Source of the DNA: Christensenellaceae bacterium
GTDB taxonomy: Bacteria > Bacillota > Clostridia > Christensenellales > Borkfalkiaceae
Direction of reading: 5' to 3'
NCBI GenBank assembly: GCA_045588105.1
Contig: JAZNDO010000108.1
Coordinates: 15,881 to 79,880, forward strand
DNA: 64,000 nucleotides
Part shown: positions 8,176-16,439 of the stretch, piece by piece
How the letters are laid out: each line of letters starts with the position of its first letter
Numbering within the stretch: the first letter of the stretch is position 1
Translations under genes and position numbers: made by a program
Notes under the pieces: model-generated
Told to the model about the DNA's origin: nothing
Database searches by the model: none
Seen by the model: the letters and a program-made list of their open reading frames with translations, nothing else

Positions 8176-11100
8176 TCAGTTGAAATATTCGTCAATCTTC
8201 GCTTGCAAAGATGAAGTATCCTCGTTACCGTTGATAATTACGTAATATTCTTTCATAATTGCTTTTATTTGACCGTTTTCATCAATCATACCGAAGTTTC
8301 CTTCGCCTTCACCAAGCTCTGCGTTATCAAATACGCGGAACGCCATAACCGTCAATTCATCGACAAACGTCAGGTTGTTTGCACTGCCGAGCAATGTCTT
8401 GAATACCGTTGCCGCTAATTCCTCATTGATACCCATAGTCTTGTAATAGCCCGAATCAGGATTGCCCCAATCGCATACGCCAAATTCAGAGAAGAATACC
8501 TTCGGACTGTCCGTATCTCCACCGGCTACAGCAATTTGATACATTCCGTTATTCCAAGCCACCCACATATTTGCATAATTGCTATTCACTTCTGCGGTTG
8601 TCTTCGTGCTTCCGTACCACGTCGTTTTCGTTACAATCTCGCCGTAGTACATTGTCGTATCTTCCGCCTTAAACCAAGGAAGATAAGGATGCCAGTTCAA
8701 GCAAGTAAAGTAATCGTTTTCATCGTTGGTGTTTACAGGCGTAATACCACTAATTGCCGTAGGCGCAACAGCATCGTTGATTTGTTCATACATCGCATTC
8801 AACAACGTATCACAATACACGCCGTTGGTATCTATCGGCGAATTGCTATTTGAAGCAATATTCGTCAACGCAGGCGTTGTAACGTAACCCGCATCGCCAA
8901 CTGCAAGCGTCATGTAATAAGCTACGTCCGTTAAAATCTTCGCCATTTCATTTGTTGAATAATAGCCACAGGTATAGGTACCGTCAGCATACGTACCGCG
9001 CTTATGAATCAAGCCGTGGAATTCAGGTTCGTTAATACCTTCAAAGTAGAATTTAACAACGTTGTCCGTCCAACCATATTCCGAGTTCCAAGAATCGACT
9101 AATTCGGCAAACAACACATAATAATCATATTGTGCCTTCAACCAAGTTGCATAAGCCGAAGCTTCGGTTGCAGGATCGGGAACGGCATGATAATCTTGAT
9201 AAATAAACGTATAACCGCCAGCCAAGTATGTTTCTGTGCTTACCCACAAATAATTATTGTTTGCATCTTTCACATAGTAGCAAGGATAATTATACGGCAT
9301 CATAAAATTACCGTTTGCAAACAAAATTTCTTTCACGCCCCCGTCAATCAACGACTTCACGTGCGATTTTAACGCATTCGTATGCGCCGTTCCAAGCGAA
9401 ACAACGTTACCTGCCCCAACACTACCCATTTGACCGTTTACCCAAACACGGTAAGACGTAACGCCTAATTCTTGCGCAACGCCAGCGAGCAATGTGTCGT
9501 TTGCATTTTCCGTGCCATCGCCCCATACCACATAGTTAGGTTCACCCAAGCCGTATTGCAAAGACGAGCCAAAATGCTCATCCAAATAAGCCGTTGCTAA
9601 ATCAAAGGAATACACGCCGCTATTTTCGTTAATCGTCACAGCTAACTTAATACCGTTAACAACTACTGCTTTAGGATTTACCGAAGACGTAATGGTATAC
9701 GCATCTCCGTTCAAGGAAACAGAATAAGCATTTTCATATTCACGCCCAGTTACTTCCGTGTCCGCAAACAAGTTTCCGTTGCTGTACGTCAATACCGCAA
9801 CCGAATCAATATACTGTTGCAAAACTGTCAAAGCGTCATCTGAAAATTCTTCATCTAAATCGCTGTACGCCATTCTTGCAACGTCATAAATCGTACGATT
9901 CGTCTTCAAAACGTCAGTTAAGCCGTAGACGGTAACCGTCTTTTCGCCAATCGTAATCGCGATATAACCAACGCCGAAGAATTGCGTATAATAGTTGCTA
10001 CTCTTCAAGTTCGTAAGCGCACCGTAATACTGAATGTATCCGTCCGTTTCATAGGTCTTCTTGTTAAAGATACCGTTTTGATTTTTATCGGTATCAAAGT
10101 TGGAAACGTTTACATATTTGGATGCGGAGCCTTCACCTTTTTCTTGTGCAAAGTATTCTGCAATGCTCATACCTGCCGCATCAAACAATGCTTTCGGCGC
10201 AATATACGTACCCGTCTTAATGTTCGTTTCTCCATACTTGGAAACCAACGCGTTATAGCTATCCAATTTGATTCTGCTTTCAAAACGAATACCGTAGTTT
10301 CCGTCATTCGTAATACGAACGGACGCACCGTACATCGTTTCAAACTCTACCGCTTCGGTAATTACAACCGTAGTCGTTGCGCTTACCTCTACGTTTTCTC
10401 CTGCATAATATTCCGTACCGCCAATCGTCCAAATCAAAGGACACACTGAAGATGCATTACTGCTAATCGCTTCCGAAAGATATTGTGTGTCAATGATTTG
10501 CGTACCGCTGAAACGGTTGGAAACGGAAATTTCGCCATACTGCACCGTAACAACGATAGGCGCGTTATCGTGTAACAATCCGTCATAGAAATAATGCGTA
10601 GTAGCAGGCAATGTCGCATTCATAAACTTCGCGCCCGACTCAATGGTAACCGTATATACGTCGGATGCCATAAGTCCGTCGAAAGGAATATAGAAATACA
10701 AGAAAGTTGATGCCGCATTATAACCGATATATGCGCCCTCAATGTCTTTCGCCGCAACGCCGTTTACCTTAAACTTGCTACCGATATCAAGATAATCCGT
10801 TGCCATATTAGAAGTAACAACCATACTTCCTAAATCCGCACTATAAGAGAACAAACCGCAGAAACCGTTAGCCGGCTTACCCGCATGGTTTTCTTGACCG
10901 TAAGTAGTAGAATAACCGTTATAGTCGTAGTTATTCCACGCAATTTGAGAGAATGTCACAGCCGTGCGCGCAGGCTCTTCCGTCGTCCAAGCGCTTGTGA
11001 AATAGAACGTAGTTGCAGAAAGAGCATAGCCATAAACTTCTGTGTTCTTTTCAATCGTCAAAACTTCACAAACAGGTACATAAATGTAAAGATACCCTGC

Positions 11101-14100
11101 GTATAACAACGAATAAGCACCCTCTACGTCTTTCAAAGCAACGCCGTTTACCGCAATATGGTTACCCACGCTACTTTCTTGCGTAATCAAGTTTGTTTCA
11201 TTAGAGTATTGACCGTTATCATCAGATATCAATTCACTATATCCAATCAAAATCGATGCACCGCCACTCAAGCCGTATTTCACGTCAAATCCAACATAGT
11301 CGATATTATTCCAAACAATAGAACTATACGTTACCCCTTGCAAAACTTTCCAACCGTCAGGTTGCGTTATCGTCCATGCACCATCTACCAAATAGAGCGT
11401 TGCTCCGCCAAGAGTGAACGTTTTTCCGCTTTCATTCGTTAAGGTCGCCCCGTCTTCAATTACAAGCGTAGCGTGCGAATATCCATTATATCCTTCAACG
11501 CATTTATCCTTTGCAAGCCAGAATAAGAGCTGTTCGCCTCCCCAAAGTGCAGGATTAACCGCCTCACCGTTCAAAGTGAAGCCCGCAGAAGAAGCAGGCA
11601 TTACTTGATTGCCCTCCGTTGTAAAGCCCGTCGTATCATAAATCAACGACAATCCGTATGCGTTCATCGCTGTGTTGTCATAATTGTTAAGACTACCTAT
11701 GGACACGAAATCGGGCGAATAGTTGACAACATTCAGCGTATCCGACCAAACGCCGTCCTGCAAGTACAAAGTCGTTGCAGGCAAATACTGCGCCATAAAC
11801 GGCGTACCCTCTTCAATCGTCAACGTCGGAACGGGATAATCTTCCGTTGCAACCAAAGCCGAAATCGGCATTATGAAATAGAAATAGTTTCCGCCGTGAG
11901 CATAGGAAATTTGATAGCTGTGATCTGTCTGATACAATTCATAGAAGCTCTTGCCGTTGAATTTTACCATTTTCGCCGTCCAATTTGCAGTTGCCGCAAG
12001 ATTGGCGTTGTCCGCCGTACCGCTTGCGCCGTCCAAAATCGACGAATAAACAATAATCGTATGGCTCGTCACGCCATCAGACCCCGTTAAGTTATTCCAC
12101 GTGCCGCCTGCCCCGATTGCAGAAAATTCTACCGTCGGTTCCATATCAGGTGCAACCTCTACCCATTTTCCGCCGCTAAAAACAAGCTTTACGTTGCCCA
12201 AATAATGATTCATAAACGGCGTGCCGTCTTCAATCTCAAAAATTGCACCTTCCGCAAGATCTGTTTCGGGAATTGCAAAATAGAAATAATTATTACCGTG
12301 CGCATACGAAATTGTATACGCATTGTTACCTACATAAAGCTCGTAGAAGGTCTTACCATTGTATTTTACCATCAACGACGTGCGATTCATCGTCGCTGCA
12401 AGATTAGTTCCGTCTGCCGCATTGCCGAGCGGATTCACGTCAAACGCCAAAATATTGTTACTGACCGCAGATACAACTTGGTTATTCCAACCGCCCGCGA
12501 TAGCAGTATAATTCGTCGTTGCCGTATGTGGTGCAGTCGTTACCCAAGACCCATTTACGTTATAAAGCGTAAGTGCAGGGATTTCTATATCTCCGCCAAA
12601 CGTTCCGCCTTCCGCGATTTCAATAATATCATAGCCCGACATACCGCTCAAAACAATCCATTTTTGACCGTCCCAGCCCGCAATATTGCTTTCCGTTGCG
12701 GAATAAGTCGCGTTCGTTTCAGAATTCTTATACGTAATTTTGGACGCTAAATCCCCTTTATTCGCATGATCCCATGCACTCTCACTCGAATATTGCAATA
12801 AAACTTGATTAGAAGAGTTGAAGGCAGTACTACCCCAAGGGCCTACAAACGTAGCCATTTCCAATTCTACAGGCTTTTCGCATACTGCCCAAGCTGTGCC
12901 ATCAAATTGCATGTAGATATCTTGCGTAATTTCATAAACATTCGTATCCGTACCACCGATATCAAAGGTTGCACTTGCAGGCAAGCACAACACCGAACCC
13001 ACTGCAGGATTCGTGGTAATACACATAATAATACCGCCACTTGCACCAATCCAATTAGGGCAACGGAACAATATATTATTTACATTTACCGCTTCACCGT
13101 TAATCGTCATCTTGGAAAGCAAATCACTGAAATCCCCATCCAAATCCCCGTTTCCGCTAATACCACCATTAAACTGCAAGAAGGTACAATACATACTCTG
13201 ATTGGAATAGTTATTCCAAGTTCCATGGATAGTGCTGAATGTCACCCCCACTTTCATATTGACGGTGATGCTGTCAATATAGTATTCCGTTGCCGAACCG
13301 TGAACACGCGCACCAAAGGTTGCCGAAGCAAGATAACCGTTTGCGTCTGTTAATATACCCATCATCGAAGAGTTCAAGCTAATATCACACCACGTAGACA
13401 TATCGTAAGCTTCGTTTTGTAACCAGCCAGCCGACAATGTGGTATTGGAGCCTCTAAAGCTATCGCTTGCAGTATATCCAGGCGAATACATCCTTACTAC
13501 AATGCTTGCTACGTCAGCTGCTAAAATTTGTCCTACGCTGAAATCTACGGTTATGTACGCACTACCTGCTCCGTTAACGTTTACCTTTAAGACAGCGCCT
13601 TCGCCCATACCTAAATTCGCAGCGTCAACATACTCAAGCGTATTTGAGCCGTATTGACTTACGGAAAATTGACCGTTATTTGTAAATTCCACTTCTGGGT
13701 TCATATTGACGGTAATGCCGTCGATATAGTATTCCGTCGCCCCACTATTTACACGTGCGCCAAAGAATATAGGATTCGTCAAATACCCATTGTCATCCGT
13801 CATGTATGTAATAGCAGCCGAAGAAAGCGTTACGTCAACCCAAGACGACATATCATAAGCCGACGTATTCATAAGCCATCCCGCCGACGTATCAGGATTT
13901 GAACATCTAAAGCTATCACTCCCCGACTTAAACCCAGGCGAATAGATTCTTACGACAATGCTTTCTACGTCAGCCGCTTTAATGTTCCCTACACTAAAGT
14001 CAACAATTACGTAAGCACTCGCATTAGCTGCAATCTTTAAGACGGCACCTTCGCCCGTACCTAAATTCGCAGCGTCGACATACTCAAGCGTATTTGCCCC

Positions 14101-14268
14101 ATACTGAGTTACGGAAAACTGACCATTGTTCGTGAATTCTGTTTCCAAGTCCGTCGCAGCGTGCGTTTTCGTTGGTTGCGAAAAAGCGAACAAGCCACTT
14201 AAACCCAAACCAACGAAAAAGAAAACGCTTAATGCAATCATCGTTATTTTCTTAGATAATACTTTCAT
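8176..14268 (-). CDS. Giant secreted repeat protein, 2030 aa. Order of parts: signal peptide, two CBM-like beta-sandwich domains, at least 7 uncharacterised modules, C-terminal clan GH-A-like glycoside hydrolase barrel.
   Basis: I moved the start from the ORF-track position 14385 to the ATG at 14268. That ATG has a GGGAGGAG RBS 7 nt upstream and is followed directly by signal peptide MKVLSKKITMIALSVFFFVGLGLSGLFAFS. The C-terminal region has FEGINEPE (9022-9036) and FFSEFG (8479-8493), resembling the acid/base and nucleophile motifs of GH-A TIM barrels. Confidence 0.85.
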   Translation of the reverse strand: MKVLSKKITMIALSVFFFVGLGLSGLFAFSQPTKTHAATDLETEFTNNGQFSVTQYGANTLEYVDAANLGTGEGAVLKIAANASAYVIVDFSVGNIKAADVESIVVRIYSPGFKSGSDSFRCSNPDTSAGWLMNTSAYDMSSWVDVTLSSAAITYMTDDNGYLTNPIFFGARVNSGATEYYIDGITVNMNPEVEFTNNGQFSVSQYGSNTLEYVDAANLGMGEGAVLKVNVNGAGSAYITVDFSVGQILAADVASIVVRMYSPGYTASDSFRGSNTTLSAGWLQNEAYDMSTWCDISLNSSMMGILTDANGYLASATFGARVHGSATEYYIDSITVNMKVGVTFSTIHGTWNNYSNQSMYCTFLQFNGGISGNGDLDGDFSDLLSKMTINGEAVNVNNILFRCPNWIGASGGIIMCITTNPAVGSVLCLPASATFDIGGTDTNVYEITQDIYMQFDGTAWAVCEKPVELEMATFVGPWGSTAFNSSNQVLLQYSSESAWDHANKGDLASKITYKNSETNATYSATESNIAGWDGQKWIVLSGMSGYDIIEIAEGGTFGGDIEIPALTLYNVNGSWVTTAPHTATTNYTAIAGGWNNQVVSAVSNNILAFDVNPLGNAADGTNLAATMNRTSLMVKYNGKTFYELYVGNNAYTISYAHGNNYFYFAIPETDLAEGAIFEIEDGTPFMNHYLGNVKLVFSGGKWVEVAPDMEPTVEFSAIGAGGTWNNLTGSDGVTSHTIIVYSSILDGASGTADNANLAATANWTAKMVKFNGKSFYELYQTDHSYQISYAHGGNYFYFIMPISALVATEDYPVPTLTIEEGTPFMAQYLPATTLYLQDGVWSDTLNVVNYSPDFVSIGSLNNYDNTAMNAYGLSLIYDTTGFTTEGNQVMPASSAGFTLNGEAVNPALWGGEQLLFWLAKDKCVEGYNGYSHATLVIEDGATLTNESGKTFTLGGATLYLVDGAWTITQPDGWKVLQGVTYSSIVWNNIDYVGFDVKYGLSGGASILIGYSELISDDNGQYSNETNLITQESSVGNHIAVNGVALKDVEGAYSLLYAGYLYIYVPVCEVLTIEKNTEVYGYALSATTFYFTSAWTTEEPARTAVTFSQIAWNNYDYNGYSTTYGQENHAGKPANGFCGLFSYSADLGSMVVTSNMATDYLDIGSKFKVNGVAAKDIEGAYIGYNAASTFLYFYIPFDGLMASDVYTVTIESGAKFMNATLPATTHYFYDGLLHDNAPIVVTVQYGEISVSNRFSGTQIIDTQYLSEAISSNASSVCPLIWTIGGTEYYAGENVEVSATTTVVITEAVEFETMYGASVRITNDGNYGIRFESRIKLDSYNALVSKYGETNIKTGTYIAPKALFDAAGMSIAEYFAQEKGEGSASKYVNVSNFDTDKNQNGIFNKKTYETDGYIQYYGALTNLKSSNYYTQFFGVGYIAITIGEKTVTVYGLTDVLKTNRTIYDVARMAYSDLDEEFSDDALTVLQQYIDSVAVLTYSNGNLFADTEVTGREYENAYSVSLNGDAYTITSSVNPKAVVVNGIKLAVTINENSGVYSFDLATAYLDEHFGSSLQYGLGEPNYVVWGDGTENANDTLLAGVAQELGVTSYRVWVNGQMGSVGAGNVVSLGTAHTNALKSHVKSLIDGGVKEILFANGNFMMPYNYPCYYVKDANNNYLWVSTETYLAGGYTFIYQDYHAVPDPATEASAYATWLKAQYDYYVLFAELVDSWNSEYGWTDNVVKFYFEGINEPEFHGLIHKRGTYADGTYTCGYYSTNEMAKILTDVAYYMTLAVGDAGYVTTPALTNIASNSNSPIDTNGVYCDTLLNAMYEQINDAVAPTAISGITPVNTNDENDYFTCLNWHPYLPWFKAEDTTMYYGEIVTKTTWYGSTKTTAEVNSNYANMWVAWNNGMYQIAVAGGDTDSPKVFFSEFGVCDWGNPDSGYYKTMGINEELAATVFKTLLGSANNLTFVDELTVMAFRVFDNAELGEGEGNFGMIDENGQIKAIMKEYYVIINGNEDTSSLQAKIDEYFN

Positions 14269-14281
14269 CGTCACTCCTCCC

Positions 14282-14398
14282 TTAATAGTCAAAGTCGCCC
14301 CAAGGGTCGTCTTCATAATTGTCACCGCTCGCCGTGACAATGTCCACATTGTTGAGATAAACGATTTTAACCTCAACTTCCTCATATCGTTTCAGCAT
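14282..14398 (-). CDS. Mini-ORF, 38 aa, acidic (MLKRYEEVEVKIVYLNNVDIVTASGDNYEDDPWGDFDY), immediately upstream of the 2030-aa gene.
   Basis: My own translation; the ORF is below the track cutoff. AAAGGAGGAAAACT precedes the ATG at 14398 with ideal spacing. Its TAA (14282-14284) abuts the RBS of the giant gene. No homology is recognised. Confidence 0.4.
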   Translation of the reverse strand: MLKRYEEVEVKIVYLNNVDIVTASGDNYEDDPWGDFDY

Positions 14399-14886
14399 AG
14401 TTTTCCTCCTTTTGAAAAAAACACTTACTTTTATTACATTTTATCAAACGATAATGCTACATTGTGATTTTAACAAATTAAATTATAAAATACAATAAAA
14501 TTTTTTGAATAAAAATATAAATAATTTGACCTATCGTTACGTATATCAAACAAGATATTCCTTTATTTTTCAAGCATTTTTAGTGAATTAACTATAAAAA
14601 AGATTAAACCTCATTTTTTTCTTTTTTTTCGCATATTCAGACACAATTTTGACGCCACTTCGCCGATTTTTCGCAATAAAAAACCGACTATTTCGTTTGA
14701 AATAATCGGCGTAAGTTTCTTGTCTAAATATTTGTTTTTACTTTTATCGGCATTGATAACATTAGGAAAAGTGATAGTTGGCATTTGGGGGAATTATGGG
14801 GAATATATATTGCCTTGTTATCATTAAAAAGCGTTAAATCCCCAAGAGTTTAACTCTTAAAAATTTTTTTATTAAACTTTAATTTT

Positions 14887-15772
14887 TTAAATCGTACTAT
14901 TATTTTGATACAATTTTCTATATTTCCCCGGCGTTATTCCAAACTCTGCCTTAAATAAATTTATGAAATTGCTTGAGGTATTAAAGCCCAATCTTTCCAC
15001 TATATCTTCTATCGTACAATCTGACGCTTCCAACATTGCCACTGCTATAGATAATTTAGATTTGTTTACATATTTCTTTAGAGGCATTCCCGTATAACGC
15101 TTAAAACGGGAACTTACGTAGCTATGCGAAAATCCCGTTTCCTTTACCATTTCCTCAATAGGCAATGTTAAAAAAGACTCTTTATCAAGATTTCCTAAAA
15201 GCTTTCTTATCCATTCAGGGCAATTATTAAAGCACTCTTTTATCGCCACATATTGCCCCAATATGTATATTATAATGCTTTTGTGAATCGCTGCATTTAC
15301 TTTGGATACTGGCTCAAGCATTATGGGCATCATCATATCTGAAATCGAAGATAGCGTAGAAGTCGATAATCTAAAAATTATGGGATACTCACCGTTCGTA
15401 ATACTATCATATAAATCGTCGTTCACCAAATTACAACACGCACGCATAAGTTCTTCCGTGACGTAAATATCCTTATGTGAATATTTGCTTTCACTATTAA
15501 TGTGATAGTTGTGTATGTCTTTAGGGATAATTATAAATGCATCCTTCGCTTTTACTACAACTTTTTTTTACTCCGCTACTGTTTCTCGAAAAGAAATCTA
15601 TCGTTGCTCTACCTTCTTCAATATATGTAATTTTGAAAAACGTCGATTGGTGTGGCAATCTCGGCGGCATAAACCATACAGCCACATAAGGATTATTTTT
15701 TATTATACTTTAGTCAAATCTCTCTACTAAATAAGTTGTTTTTCCTATTTTTTGCAATTCTCGTGTCGCCAT
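14887..15772 (-). pseudogene. Disrupted AraC-family regulator, a paralogue of 7182-8051.
   Basis: The track ORF 14887-15447 holds only the linker plus HTH half. My own translation of 15448-15772 recovers the missing cupin half (SIIKNNPYVAVWFMPPRLPHQSTFFKITYIEEGRATIDFFSRNSSGVKK / VVVKAKDAFIIIPKDIHNYHINSESKYSHKDIYVTEEL). This half aligns with KVIENCPYTAIITYPPIEPHRNTFFKIMYVESG...IKAGDMLIISPEDV of the intact copy. It sits in a different frame, with the shift at an A8 run (plus-strand T8 at 15562-15569). There is also an in-frame TAA at 15710-15712. Confidence 0.7.
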
Positions 15773-15942
15773 TTTATATTTTCCTTCCTAATTCTATCTT
15801 GAAAGAAGAATTTAATGTTTTATTATATGGGTTTTCCGTGAACTTGTCAAGAACTTATAAGGCCCCAAGATAAACTATCATTTTAATAATATTTGTCAAC
15901 ATTAGACCACACCCCGTTTCCATTTTGCTATTTTACAAATTT

Positions 15943-16068
15943 TTAATAGTCTTGTAAAAACATTTCAAGCAATCCGTCAAAGTCTTCTTCAGTCATTCTT
16001 GAAAGGTCGGGATAACCGTTTACAAAGACTTTAAAACCTAATTCGTTTTCAATTTTAATTTCAATCAT
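15943..16068 (-). CDS. Mini-ORF, 41 aa, acidic (MIEIKIENELGFKVFVNGYPDLSRMTEEDFDGLLEMFLQDY).
   Basis: My own translation. An AAGGAGG RBS lies 7 nt before the ATG at 16068. No homology is recognised. The RBS is half of a perfect 12-bp inverted repeat (see findings). Confidence 0.4.
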   Translation of the reverse strand: MIEIKIENELGFKVFVNGYPDLSRMTEEDFDGLLEMFLQDY

Positions 16069-16439
16069 AAAAAAACCTCCTTATCTATTAACCGTAGAAA
16101 AAGGAGGTTTTTAGCATTTTTATAAAATTTTTTCTTGAGGAGTATCAAAAAGTGTCTTAGTTGTCAATGGTATGTGATTTTGCTAAAAACACCAAAAAAT
16201 AAAATTTAAACGCAAAATAACATACTTTTTCCTTGACAACACGCCCCTTTTTGATGGTAAGTGTGCGTGGATTTTTTCAGCCGAAAAAATCCCGTTATAT
16301 TTCTCTTTTGTTGGTGATTTGTTGTGGTTTTACCACTCTTTCTTGGGTTTTGTCTTCCCCTAATCTTCTTACAATTTGAGAAATTTTTAGTTATTATTTA
16401 TTTAATTTTGAATTTATTGTTCAGAAAAAGGAGTTTTTT

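Noticed and set aside
14269-14385. ORF-track 5' extension of the 2030-aa gene (MRKLRLKSFISTMWTL...).
   Set aside because: There is no RBS, and the extension would bury the signal peptide. It also overlaps, in another frame, a mini-ORF with an excellent RBS. The ATG at 14268 has GGGAGGAG upstream and is followed directly by a canonical signal peptide.
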